Source: Lytechinus pictus (Eukaryota). From it: DNA of 64,000 nt. This document shows, in pieces, positions 51,266-63,750 of the stretch. The notes beneath the pieces are model-generated. The model did no database searches and had not been told where the DNA came from. It saw nothing but the letters and a program-made list of their open reading frames with translations. The first letter of the stretch is position 1. Every line of letters starts with the position of its first letter. Where the stretch lies: NCBI RefSeq assembly GCF_037042905.1, contig NC_087250.1, positions 16,370,001-16,434,000 of the forward strand, given 5' to 3'. A program made the translations under genes and the position numbers.

Positions 51266-54200
51266 TCAGACTTTATATAGTCGTTTCGTTCTGAGAACGA
51301 AACGGACCAGTACAGATTCGGTTTCTAACTTAGTACTCTTTGAGAGATCCATTATTTTTTTTTTTTTGGGGGGGGGGTTGATAGATTTGTTTCTGTAAGT
51401 AGCATGGCTCTCTCTATTATATATTTGGGACATTCGATTAAAAAAATGCTCAACTGTTTCTAATTTGTTAGGCCTACATGTATCACAAAGTCCCGTTGGG
51501 TGTCTTTTTAAATCGTAGTTCAATCCTATTACACCAAAACAGAGTCTGTGGATAATGGTTTCGTGGAATCTGATTAGGGAACAAAAAAGAGTAAAAAAAG
51601 AGTAGGCGTTGGGATTCATTCCATCTTTTTTTGCCAATCTAGAGTGTATCTTTTGAAAATGAGATGTTTTATTTCTGTTAGAGATAATTTGTTGTTGACT
51701 TCAATTTTTTTCTGCAATGCATTTTTTTGCTTTCGGGTCCGCCATCTCGTTTCCACTAATACCGCAGTGGCGGGGGATCCATTCAAGGTTTATGTCCATG
51801 CCTAAATATGTTAAACTTGTTGGTAGGGTAAGAATTTCTGAGACAAAGGGTATTCCTTTTTGTTCTGAAAAAGCTACTAGTAAGCTTAATGAGTCACTGA
51901 ATATTACTACTCCTACACATACATCAAGAGTTTCTAACCAGTTGAGGGCTAAGATGATTGCTGCTAGTTCAGCTCTATAAAGTGCGTTTAAAAAAAGTTT
52001 ATACTTAGAATTATATATTTGTAATATCCTGACGATTTTTCCACATTTTAGCATTGGTACAGATCCATTTAAGCAAAATAATGACGATATAACTGTCGAA
52101 AAAATATTTCCGCTTGAGTGAGCACCACTTACTTTTGAAGAGTTGGTGAAAATGATTTGCGCAGAACTTTGAAATAGTTATGCGAATAAAAGTAAACTTT
52201 AATCATGAAGAACGCGTGAAAATTAGTTAGTAAAATTGATTTGAAGATATCTTTTATCTTTTTAAACTTGTTTCCTTGCCCAAACACTTCGAAGAGTGCA
52301 TTGCGCCCCACCCCACTCTCCCACACACCGAGTCCATCGTGACGATATTTACTTTACACTGAGCTGTGATTTACATGAAATGGCTTAGGCTTGATTTTCA
52401 TTTTGTTAATCATTGCCAAGCTTGGGAAAAGTGTGGAGAAACAAGTATTAAATGAAAAATGAAATATAAACCAACTTTGAATGATAAAAACTTAGTGAAA
52501 AATAATGGAAAATGTCTGATATAAACTTTTGTTCAGATTCAGTTATGTCCTCAGATCCAGCTGGCACAAAAAGGGTAAAGGTTGTGCTTACTAAGTGTTG
52601 AAATTTCAAATTTGGGCGGCAAAATTGTTACAAAATGCTTGAATGTATCCGTTTTATGTCAATTGGCTAAAAGTGCTAGGGAAATTTATGAGAAATGCTT
52701 CGCGGGGTAAGTTTAATTTCGCCCTTTCCCCTTGACACAGTGTGAACAGATTTCTGCGAGCTTTACAAAAATGGACAGTGCTCACTCAAGTGTAACATTC
52801 TGTCAAAATTTTTACTTTCATTGGATAGATGAGACCCAAACCCATAATTATATATGAAAAAATTACCCACATGCTGTATATTTGTTAATTCCCATGGCTT
52901 TTTCAAAGTATAAACTTTTTTTGATACGCACTGTATAATGAAGTATAATCAGTGAGGCGTTTAGACTAGGAGAAATGGAAGGCTGGGACCTAAAAGGAGG
53001 CAGCACAGGCTCCAGTGACGGGTTCTTTTGATCCATCTGCGTAAATATGGAGTTGATTTGACCATTTTGAGTTAATAAGAACAAGGCTCTTTTGTTTTTT
53101 ATATAAAGGGTGGTCATGTTTATTCAATTCCTTGGTCAGTTCTACTGAAACCCTCGGGTGTTGAAAAAGCCATGGAGGAAAAGCATATATATATGATTCT
53201 ACAGAGTAGTTTATTTTTTCTGCTCTGATTCCAAAAGGTTTGGTATTTTTTTGAGTTTTGGATAAATCGAATTGCCAGCACGGTTTTATATTAAGCAAAG
53301 TTGGATGGTCTTCATGTGTTTCAATATTTGTTCTGAACTTATCTGTGAGTGCTTTTCTTCTCAGGTCGAGTGGCATTTCCCCGAGTTTAGCCTGTAGGGC
53401 TTCTAGCGAAGTAAGAGGGAGCCCTCCAACACAAATCCTTAATGCTTGATATTGAATTGCATCTAATTTTGCTTTCATTGTTTGGGATGCACTATTATAT
53501 GCCTCGCACCCATAATCCATTAGCGATCTTATTATTGCCCTATAAACAATGAGGAGAGATTTGGAGGAGTTTCCAAATGAAGTTCCAGTAAGGCTTCTGA
53601 GAATGTTAAGTTTCTTTTTACACCTTGTCACTATATCCTCGATATGGGCATGCCATGTAAGTCGGTGATCAAAAGTGACACCTAAAAACTTTTTAACACA
53701 GTTGAAAGTTAGACGATTGTCTCCAAGTTTTATCTCAGGGCAATTATTTTCGTGGGCCTTTGTAAATAAAACCAGAGCGGTTTAATCAGAGGAAAGACGG
53801 AAACCCCATTTATTAAACCATTCGTGTAATTTATTAAGATATTCTTGAATTTTTTTGAGGTTACATCTAATTGATTACCGGACATCTGGACTGCTATATC
53901 ATCTGCATAAATGGATGTGGTGACTGGATTGATGATAGGGATGTACCTCATCATGATATTATATAGTATGGGGCTAAATGTACTTCATGGTGGAAGTCCG
54001 TTTTGCATTACATCTATTTTTGATTCACTCTTTCCAATCGTAACTTGGAATGTTCTATTTGAAAGGTAATTGTAGATAAAAGTAAGCATTTTACCCTTTT
54101 TACCACACTGCAAAAGTTTGTAAATTAAACCTTTCATCCATAATCTATCGTAGGCCTTTTCTACGTCTAAAAATAGAGCCAAAGTATGTTCTCCATTGTA

Positions 54201-54385
54201 AATAGCTTTTTGAATAGTGTTTTCGAAATCAACAATACTATCAGTGGTGTTGTGGTTTTTTCGGAAGCCGCTGATTATGGGAGGCAAAATATTATGTTTT
54301 TCAATGTACGTCTCCCTTTAACCATACGTTCAAATATTTTGGAAAACATGAAGAAAGAGCTATAGGTCTATATAAAGAGACAAGT
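51266..54385 (-). mobile_element. Decayed I-group (I/Nimb/Loa-like) LINE: RT + RNase H + CCHC, 5' truncated
   Basis: YRPIAL, SGFRKNHNTTD, FLDVEKAYDRLW, YADD, YRAIIRSLMDYG; RNase H IYADGSK, AELAAI, IFSDS, WIPRHCGISGNEMAD; CDTC...ETVEH. Several frameshifts. Confidence 0.9.
51980..52933 (-). mobile_element. MITE family A, copy 2 (opposite orientation), inserted in the LINE RNase H domain
   Basis: Reverse-complement similarity to 47234-48223; TA on both sides; left terminal C appears as A. Confidence 0.9.
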
Positions 54386-54387
54386 TT

Positions 54388-55380
54388 TAGTCCGGGATCG
54401 AAGAGACATAACCTTGCTTTTTCATATATACAATATTTTTTGATGGTTTCTTGTCAATTCGAGGGTGCTGATTACGAATCTGGATGATGCCACTCGTAAC
54501 CTTGAGCATTTTCCGCAAGTTGACAAAATCCAATATGGCCGCCAAAATATGCAAATTACCCATGAAAATCGTAAAATTGTCCTCACATTGGCTGTGAAAT
54601 GCATGAAACTGTGTGGCAGGAGTGAAATACAATCTTAAAAAATATTTTTTGACAAAATATTTATTTTTCTGATATTCAAAATGTCCGCCATAGGCCCTTG
54701 TACACTCTATTATGTACAATATGAATGGGAAAAACTGATTTTCACAAAAATCAGCAATAAACTGTAAATATCGCGATGTATGAACGAAGTAATATATGCA
54801 AATCATCATTACTAACGAGATATATCATTCATTATGTCATATAAGGGAACATTGCTTTATTTTGATATCTAAAATAGCCGCCACTGGCCCAAACAGTATT
54901 GCGTACAATGGCAATGGGGGCCAAAAAATTCACAAGAGTGATCACTAAAATGCTTATTACGAAAATTAAACGAGTGGAATACTGACTAAAAACATAATTT
55001 TTAACTAAATATATTAATAATATGCCATGTATGTGATGAATGTTGTATTTTCAAAATTCAAAATGACTGCCAAAGGCCCTAAAAGTATTATGCACAATGA
55101 GAAAGAGGAGCAAAGAAATCACAAGAGTGAGCACTAAAATGCATATAATTATATGTGATAAATTAATTGGATACTGTCTAAAATCGTATTTTCTTACGAA
55201 ACATAACATTCATGTTTCAAGTTTGTGTTAAATACTGTATTTTGACTTTCAAAATGGCCGCCATCGACATTAACTGTATTATGTACAATGCAAAGTAGAA
55301 AACCAATATTCACAGTAGTGAGCACCATAAATCCACGTAATAATGATCTATGAGTAAAATATTGTCTGAAAAGCATAATT
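54388..55380 (+). mobile_element. Academ-like left end with ~180-bp subterminal repeats
   Basis: Starts TAGTCCGGG, the same 9 bp as the 43823 element, and truncates the LINE. Repeated units like AAAATGGCCGCC...TATTATGTACAAT...CACAAGAGTGAGCACTAAAA. Confidence 0.55.
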
Positions 55381-55979
55381 TATATTAATTTTTATTTGCA
55401 ATAGTTTCTAGATGATGAAGGAAAATATTTACACTGTAAGTTTCAAATAGCTTTGGTCTTCGGGTATAAATCTAGCGAATTAATCGAACGTACATTTTAT
55501 GTGTCGCACATGCGTTCTCAGAGTAGGGTATATGAGTCCAAAATTTAAGTTAAGACTGTCTGGGTTAATCAAAAGTATGGGAAAGCAAGACCACTGTACC
55601 AGATGCAGTATGCTCGACAAAGAATATCAGATGCAACAGAGGAATATATCAAGAAAGTTACAGTCATCATCCTCTTCGATGGGACAATAATTGTCCATTA
55701 CTGAAAGTGTAAGAAACATTTCTCTCCTTGAGGAAATTATATTGCGAGACAAGATGGAAGTGCCATCAGCAGAGTCATTTCTATCTGATTTGGACATGCC
55801 AAGAATTATTGGATGTATATGGAAGGAAGAAGCATATCAGAACTTCATGCTACTGTTCTGTGGCCGAGTATGGATCGCGTCGAGCCAACCTGATATCACT
55901 ATCACAAGTGCTTCACATACGTGGGTGACAAAGTCAGATGCGCATAGTCCTGCAATATCTATCAAGTCACGATCGATAT

Positions 55980-57335
55980 TGATGCTGCAAGATCCCGGCC
56001 AAAATACCTGCAATTAGAACTAACAGGTCAAATCAACTTCTGCACGAGCAATCAAGTCATGGATCCTGGAGCTGCAGGATTGATCCTGGTCAAAACAGCT
56101 GGAAACAGAAAGGACGGGTCCAAATCAACATCTGCACGATCGAGTCATGATAGATCATTCATATAGTTGCATGATCTCCAGGCTAACATGCCTAGAAACG
56201 GAACTGACATGTCCAAATCTACTCTAACAAGATCTTTCACGTTATGATAGATCCTAGAGCTACATTATTAATCCAGGTCAAAACACTTGGAATAGAACCT
56301 GACAGGTTCAAATCAACCTCTGCAGAAGTCACAATGGATCATGCATGTAGCTGCAGGATCCAGACCAACACGCCTGGAAACGGAACTGAATGGTCTAAAT
56401 CGAATCTAACAGATCTTTCAAGCGATGCTAAGTCCCTGAGCTGCAGGATTGATTTAGGTCAAAACATCTAGAAAAATAACGGACAGGTCCATATCAACTT
56501 CTGCAAGCTTTCAAGTCATGATAGCTCCCTGAGCTGCAGGATCCAGGCCAGCACGCCTGAAAACAGAACTGGTTGGTCCAAATCAAATGTTGCAAAATCT
56601 TTCGCTCGATGACACATCAAGGAGCTGCAGAATTGTTCCAGGTCAAAACACCTGGAAAAAGAATGGACAGGTCCAAATCAACTTCAGCAGGATCAAGTCA
56701 TTCCAGGCCAGCATGCCGGTATATAGAAATGGAACTGACGGGTCCAAATCCACACTAGCAAGCTCTGTCACGTCATAATAGACCGTGGAGCTGCATGGTT
56801 GTTCCAGGTCAAAACACCTGGAATCAGAACTAACATCTGCAGGATCGAGTCATGATAGATCATTCATATAGTTGCAGGATCTCCTACCTAGAAACGGAAC
56901 TGACAGGACCAAATCAACTCTAGCAAGATCTTTCACGTCATGATAGATCCCAGAGCTATATTATTAATCTAGGTCAAAACACTTGGAATAGGAACTGACA
57001 GGTCCAAATCAACTTCTGCAGAAGTCACAATGGATCATGCATGTAGCTGCAGGATAGAAACCAACACGCCTGGATAGATCGTGGGGTTGCATGGTTGTTC
57101 CAGGTCAAAACACCTGGAATCAGAAACAACATCTGCAGGATCGAGTCATGATAGATCATTCATATAGTTGCAGAATCTCCAAATCAAAATCTGCAGAAGT
57201 CATGATAGATCATGTAGCTGCAGGATCCAGGAAACGGAACTGGATGGTCAATTCTCACATATCTTTCACGTCGTAATAGATCCCGCAGCTGCACAGGATT
57301 GATTTAAGTCAAAACGCCTGGCCAAAATCAACTCC
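55980..57335 (+). repeat. Diverged ~85-90-bp minisatellite, about 15 units
   Basis: Recurrent GAGCTGCAGGAT...CCAGGTCAAAACACCTGGAA..GAACTGACAGGTCCAAATCAAC.TCTGCA...GTCATGATAGATC. Confidence 0.85.
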
Positions 57336-57592
57336 TGCCTGTGGCATTCGGTTTGGGAACGACACTAAGAACTAATTTGATCTTCATTTCAGGCTATGGA
57401 AGGAGTGGGTAAACAAAGGCAAAGTGTGTTGGCTTTCAAGCGAACGACTACTGTTAGCGAGGGATAAAAATAAAATTGTATCCAAAGACTCATTTTAAAA
57501 TTAACTTCTGGCACGATTTTGGTGTTTGAAATAATTCTAAACTTAGTTGACTCAATCAATTCTTGGTGGTCATCTCTTTGTGGTTATCTCTC

Positions 57593-58574
57593 TGTTACAT
57601 ATAAGAACAATTGTACGAGCAATTACATTCATTTATTTAGTTATTTCCTCTTTAAGGATATTTTGGAATGATTAAGAATGTTCCAGAAAGATCTATAGTA
57701 CAGCTGTGTTACACATGACTAATCTTTGAATACTCTTTGTTATCCCTTGAATGTCCCAAGAGAGACAATACAGACTGAATAGAGATTAATTTACAATAGG
57801 TTTGTATTGGTAGTGGAAATAACAATAGGCTTAGCTATTTTGTTGACACTGTTGACATTTCACTGAGGTCATTTAAGAATGTTTTAGAAATGTAGAATTT
57901 TCCAGAAAGAAAGGAAAATGTTTTGTAAAGACAATACTAGAATGTTCCATAATAGTGAATACTATATAGAAACTTCTAGATTAGTGAATGATCTAGAATA
58001 ACTGAAATGTGTATATAAATATAACTGGTGGTTTCTTCAAGGACAGCATCACATCACATCATATTAGATCACTTCATCACATCAGATCAGAACTCAGAGT
58101 TTCGCGCCAGACTTTATGTCAGAGCAGAGTTTATTTCCACCTTGAATATTTATCTTCTGTGGAATTATTTACCCGCCATCAAAGAACTGTTTGCAGTTAT
58201 TTTGAGAGAGGAATTCTCAGTTCTCATCAACATCATCAACCTGATTAAAGAACGCTTTTCAACCCTGAATTTGACCGTTATCGTCAACATCGTCTTCACG
58301 GACATTTCAACTTGTTACAGTGACTCTCATTATTCGTCGTGTTTCAACATCAGTTTCATCATCGCCATCTTTGTAAACAGAGTTTTCGCCAGCCAACTGG
58401 GACACTATTATTTGGATCATACATTTGGAATAACACCAGAACTGACTTCAAGAGATTGTTGTAAGATATTTTGTTTTAATTTTGCATATACTTGTATTTC
58501 CTGTAATAAACAAAAGAGGAAATTATATCTCAATTTCATATTCTTATATTGTTATTTGTTGCAGTATCGTAACA
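57593..58574 (+). mobile_element. Solo LTR (Gypsy-type), 982 bp
   Basis: TGTTAC...GTAACA inverted termini, 4-bp TSD TCTC (57589-57592, 58575-58578), TATA-like GTATATAAAT at 58011 and AATAAA at 58505. Confidence 0.8.
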
Positions 58575-58929
58575 TCTCCAAGAGCAGAGATATTTAGGTT
58601 GTAAGTATCCATGACCTCCTGGGGAGCTCTTGTAACCATTCTTCTACAAGAGTGAGCTCAGGCTAAATGTTGATATTGTGGAATTCTGATTGAAGGGTAG
58701 ATCTTTTACATATGTTTATGTTAATCCATAATACGGTTTCCAAATGGATTAAGATTGAGGATCTTTTAACATGCAATGAGTATTATTATACCATAATATG
58801 GAACCCATAGACACTGTCTTTGGAAATATGAACCTTATTATGAGGTATTCTAATCTGTGCAAGGTTTTATTTTTTAAGCATCCATTAGTAGCTCTATGAT
58901 TTACACATCAATAATCTTACCATATGGCC

Positions 58930-59553
58930 TTTAACCATTGGTTGCCACAGAAGACATATTACTTAGCAACTGGCACTTTGCATGGGCTTGCACTCATGGT
59001 ATAATTGTTCTTGGGTTGTTGTGATTAATGTATTAATGCTTTAATAGAAAAGATGCGATTCATAGAAATTATAATCATAAAAAAGAATTAAGAATTGGTT
59101 ACCGTGGAAAATGTTACTTAGCAACGGTTGATATGGTGCTCATTAGGTCTACCTATGGAAACATTCATTATGTGAGGAATCTATGAGTCAGATTTATTTT
59201 TTGAGCTATTCTGAGTAAATTATAATGATCTGAACTAATATAAAGAATTTGTTGTTACGGAAGAGGGTCACTTAGCAACCGTTGCTATAAATAAATGGAT
59301 AAAAACTGTTGTGATACAAAAGAACATGCTTAAGATTAAAATTTGTATGAAATATCGCTTGTGACAATGTTACTCAAGCCCAATTAAGCTCAGTTACTAA
59401 GGTAAATATGTTACTTGGCAACCGTTGCTATGTTTGGTAAACTCACGTTGGCACCCCCTGCTAAAAATGTTCAGAATAACTTACTCTACCTTTGTGCCGA
59501 GTTTCATGCTTGTACCATTTTCTGAACATTTTTTTCACCAATCACCTAGACTA
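58930..59553 (-). mobile_element. Academ-like end with TTACTTAGCAAC subterminal repeats
   Basis: Ends ...CAATCACCTAGACTA (TAGTCTAGG on the minus strand); four (G)TTACTTAGCAAC(C/G)GTTG-like motifs at ~58958, 59114, 59268 and 59410. Confidence 0.5.
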
Positions 59554-59554
59554 A

Positions 59555-59816
59555 AATAAAGAGAAGGGGGGAAGAAAAGGAAGGTTGAGAGAGAAAGGAA
59601 TGAAAAAAGAGAAGAAAATGGTAAATGGAGAGAAAACAATAAAGAGGGGAATTAGAAAGAAGAGAAAGGAAAGGGAGCGAGGATAGAGGAGAGGAGAAAG
59701 CAAAGAAGGGGAATGCGAGAAAAAAAGAGAGGGAGGGAGAAGTATAGGGGAGAAAAGAGAAAAAAGCGGAAAGGGTGGAGGATGAGAAAAGGAAAGGAGA
59801 GAGAGGGGAAAAGAAA
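59555..59816 (+). repeat. GA-rich (polypurine) low-complexity tract
   Basis: Almost exclusively A and G for ~260 bp. Confidence 0.9.
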
Positions 59817-61000
59817 GTTCAAAGTTTAGTATTCTTTGAACTGGATGGTATCTAACTTTAAAAAATATTTATGTTAGGGCGGAGCGCGAGCTGAAAACTT
59901 TGATACTCCACCCTAAAACTTCTTCATATTCTAATCACTTTCTGTAAACATGAACTGGATCATGGTTATTAACCTAGCATGTTCCTGGGAGCGGGTGAGG
60001 AGGGGGGGGGGGTGAATCCCCCAATTTTTTTCTTGGAGTTGCTGAGTGTATTATTCTCCATAGGAAGCGCATCAAGGTGTTCTGGAGGATGTGTAAAAAA
60101 TAGCAAAATGCATCCAAAATGAACTTCATTTTTTTATTATTTTTTTTCTTTTCGAAATACTCGGGAGTATAGTATGCTTGTATATTAATTCTCTCTTTTT
60201 TTTAATTTTTATCTCACTTAACTCATGTGAATCTGGTATTTATCATTATGGGCAGTTCTTGCATCCAGATATGCACACTATGCATATCTACAATTTTGCA
60301 TTGATCTTAGGCCCTACATTGAATCCATTGTTGAACTACATATAGGCAGGTAGGATGTGTGTAAATCCATGGGGCACTAGACATATAGTAGTAACATTAA
60401 AATGTGTCATTACATATGTATATTTCATGCATTTCTTTGTTATAAAGTGAGTGTACAGATGTTGAAGAAAAGCCAGGAAGGTAAATTAAAAAGGAACCTT
60501 CATGTGCCATATAATAAAGGTGGCACAGCCTAATCACAACTAGCAGGCATAAGATATTCATTCGACCCAACACATTGCCCATTTTTTTAATTTGATATTT
60601 GCTGATTGACAATAATCAATGAATATGACTGACAATCTAACACTGATTCTAGGGAGGGTACCTACTGAACTTACTTTTTCCAAATTGGAAAGATATATCA
60701 CCACTATGGAACTATATTTTTATTGGCGGAAGAATCAGGGCTATTTTACTCTCTCAAGTGATGAATTTGATCCCGTCAGGTGTAGTCTTAATAAATAATG
60801 ATTTATTTTTATAATGAGCCGGTCGAGGTACACTTTTCTGGTCAGATATCAGACATTTATCCTATCCACTGGTAGTAAACATTCAACCCTCGAATCTTCT
60901 CCTTATTTTTTATGAATTCTTTTTAAGTGCCACTTTAACACACGAATCTATGTGGAATTAATTAGGCCTGTAGCCCATACATTCTTTCTTTTTCTCTTAG

Positions 61001-61149
61001 GAAAGTGTCTCTAACCCCTTTGACGATAGTGATTTAGTCGACAGGATTGGACCTTTGTCTGAGAGATCGGATGAGTACAAGACATGGTTACTCAGTATCT
61101 TGCGCAGCAATAATTGTCGACGTGTACTTGACGTAGCATGCGGAACGGG
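61001..61149 (+). CDS. GNMT: Internal coding exon of a glycine N-methyltransferase-like SAM-dependent methyltransferase
   Basis: Acceptor TTCTTTCTTTTTCTCTTAG and donor GG|GTGAGT. Translates [50 protein letters not shown], matching GNMT R..EYK.WLL.LLR...[11 protein letters not shown] (SAM motif I). May be a paralogue rather than the orthologue. Confidence 0.85.
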
Positions 61150-61499
61150 GTGAGTGTCTCATATAACTTTCAAGTATTCGAAACAGATATTAGTGGGTGT
61201 TTCACAGAGAAGTGATTTCGAGTAATGCGTGTCTGCTGACGCGAAAAGTAACCCGCAATCTTATTGATAGTACTTGGCGTGCGTCCACTTTGCATGATTT
61301 GTCCACTGCGGTGGTGCCTTTTTGGGACATGCAACTGGACAATTTAAACAAGTAAAGCTCTATAGTATAAGATTATGGGGATATTCTGGCATAGGAACTC
61401 ATAAATTAAACACTTAGTTATCTATGGGCCTCTATTACTTTTAATAGATTTTCAACAAACTTTCTCCAGTATTTTTTTCTCATTTTTTATGATTTGATT

Positions 61500-61900
61500 A
61501 AAACCAACTTATTACTAATTACTATTCAGAAGGACTGTAATAGACGGCTACCGCATGGTGTTTATTCTATCATCAAGTCCCTTGGACTCAATCGTCGGAG
61601 GGCAACTCGTATCGGAACCAGAGGGGGTCAGCAGACAAAGGCGCGATCTCAACTTAGAGTAACATGTCCATCACCTCTCCAGACATCTCATTATGACCAT
61701 GATACACAACAGTCACTTGCTCTTTCTGCAACATAAGCAGGCATTGCAGAACACCATATTCCTGTTGTCGAATTTATGCCGAGACATAACCAGCCTATCG
61801 AACACTCAGGATGCCATAGCAGAGGTATCAGCAATCTTGTAGAGATACCGCGATCACACGTCAATTCTGCTGGTCAGGAGTCACTCACGCGGCGCCATGA
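61500..61900 (+). mobile_element. Probable 5' fragment of an L2/CR1-group LINE in the GNMT-like intron
   Basis: LLLITIQ...IIKSLGLNRRRATRIGTRGG resembles the basic LG..RR.TRRG.RGG leader that precedes the endonuclease in such elements. No EN or RT follows. Confidence 0.45.
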
Positions 61901-61925
61901 AAGAAAATGTTGAAAAAGGTGTATA

Positions 61926-62749
61926 CAGTGCGTCCCAGAAAAAACGAAACCGAGATTTAGCGATGATTTATCATAACTTAATCATAAACAAAATAGACAA
62001 AAGACCTACCAATGTAAAGCTTAGAATCACCTCTTTCATCTGGTATTACTTAGATTATTCCTCATTCACGCATGAGTGAGCAAAAACAATTCGAAGAAAG
62101 GATGCCAAAAACTCATTTGGCGGGGAGTATCTGAATTTCAAAAAGAAAATCACATGACAAAAAAGTTCAATATCTGCTCTTTTCTTTTATACCGTAATCA
62201 CAGAAAATGGTCAAGAAGTAAAAAAGTTATGATCCCTCGAAACAATGCTTGTTTTTCCATAATTTCATTAAATAAACGTGTTTTCACCGGTTTCCCACAG
62301 AAGCTATCGCACGGTAACAAAAGACTTAATGCATGGTTGATCGTCAACAAAACGGAGTGTGGAGTGAGTTTGGACGCTTGCCTGTAAAACCTCTTCATTT
62401 TATGAAATTATTGAAATTCAAGCCTTATTTCAAATAACCAGAATTTTATTATTTCTTGACCATTTTCTGCAATTGAGGTATCAAATTAAAGAGCAGATAT
62501 TGAACTTTTTAGAAATATGGTTTTCATTTGAAAACCCAGATACGGCCCGCCAAGTGACTTTTTGGTATCCCCTTTTCAAATTGTTCTTGCTCACTCATGC
62601 GTGAATGAGAAATAAACTAAGTAATACCAGATAAAAGAGGAGATTCTAAGCTTTACATTGGTACTGTAGGTCATTTGTCTATTTTATTTATGATTAAGTT
62701 ATGATAAATCATCGCTAAATCTCGGTTTCGTTTTTTCTGGGACGCACTG
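61926..62749 (-). mobile_element. MITE family B, copy 2 (opposite orientation, 824 bp)
   Basis: Same TIRs as 48358-49176; the central spurious ORF MKRFYRQASKLT... appears on opposite strands in the two copies; TA TSD. Confidence 0.92.
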
Positions 62750-62787
62750 TATATATAAATATATGTAAATATATATATAAATATATG

Positions 62788-62863
<76 letters not shown>

Positions 62864-62886
62864 CATACATATACATACATATATAT
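62750..62886 (+). repeat. (TA)n-rich microsatellite
   Basis: Directly visible; starts at the MITE TA target site. Confidence 0.92.
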
Positions 62887-62919
62887 GACTCATGAGATAG
62901 AGACTCATATCTCACCGAA

Positions 62920-63450
62920 AAATTAATGCGAGCGCGAAGCGCGAGCTGAAATTTTTATAGTATACTGACCTGAAAAAAGGAAAAAGGTGCCTGTTTAGGA
63001 CTGTTTGTAGTAACTCATGAGGAGGATGCATATCTCACTACACAGATAATGCGAGTGCCGAAGGCGAGCTAAAATTTCTTTATATTCTGACCAGAAAGGT
63101 TTATATTCTAAGCATTTTGGTACCAATGATTAAGATGAGTATCTAAAAAAAAACAATAGATGCGAACGCGAAGCGCGAGCTTAAAATTTTGATATTTTGA
63201 TCTGAAAAAAATGACAGTTTAATGGACGTTTTTAATAGAGAACAAGATTAATCCAACAAAAGATTATTGCAAATCGAAGCGGGAGTTCTTTTGATTAGAG
63301 CTGAAAACGGGTCATTCTATTCACATATATTTAATCATGAAAAGTATGGGGTTTTGCTACAAAAATGATGCGAGCGCGAAGCGCGAGCTGAAATTTTTTA
63401 TATTCCAATCTGAAAAGCGCACAGTTTGCACGATTTTGAATAAGGAACTA
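62920..63450 (+). repeat. Diverged repeats with ATGCGAGCGCGAAGCGCGAGCTGAAATTTTT core
   Basis: Core at ~62927, 63049, 63161 and 63368; related motif at ~59880. Confidence 0.75.
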
Positions 63451-63571
63451 GTTGTGTAGCTCTACCTCACTTGCTGATTTCTGTGTAACATTACCATCTT
63501 ATTTTATTTTTGCACATGCAAAACTTGTTAGGTCACAAAATTTGAAAATATTCGTGGCTCCCCCGATTATA

Positions 63572-63750
63572 GGCCCTGTTACAACCGATAATGTCGCATC
63601 AACGCATAATGTCGCACCAACGCATAATGTCGCAGTCAACGCATAATGTCGTAGTTTTTCTAACGCATAACGTCACATGTCGCAACGCATAATGTCGCAG
63701 CAAGTTGTCAACGCATAACGTCACATGTCGCAACGCATAATGTCGCAGCG
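63572..63750 (+). repeat. Short tandem AACGCATAATGTCGCA repeats, probable subterminal array of a DNA element whose other end is outside the window
   Basis: About 8 copies following GGCCCTGTTACAACCG. Confidence 0.7.

Noticed and set aside
57340..58574. Alternative LTR start at TGTGGC (57340) or TGTTAGCGA (57452)
   Set aside because: Neither gives a matching TSD, whereas 57593 gives TGTTAC/GTAACA with TCTC on both sides.
58028..58597. 189-aa hydrophobic ORF
   Set aside because: Lies within the solo LTR, has a non-ATG start and no domain signature.
60760..60786. Upstream coding exon for the GNMT-like gene (ATGAATTTGATCCCGTCAG|GT)
   Set aside because: The donor is weak and the ATG frame ends in phase 1, incompatible with the phase-0 start at 61001.
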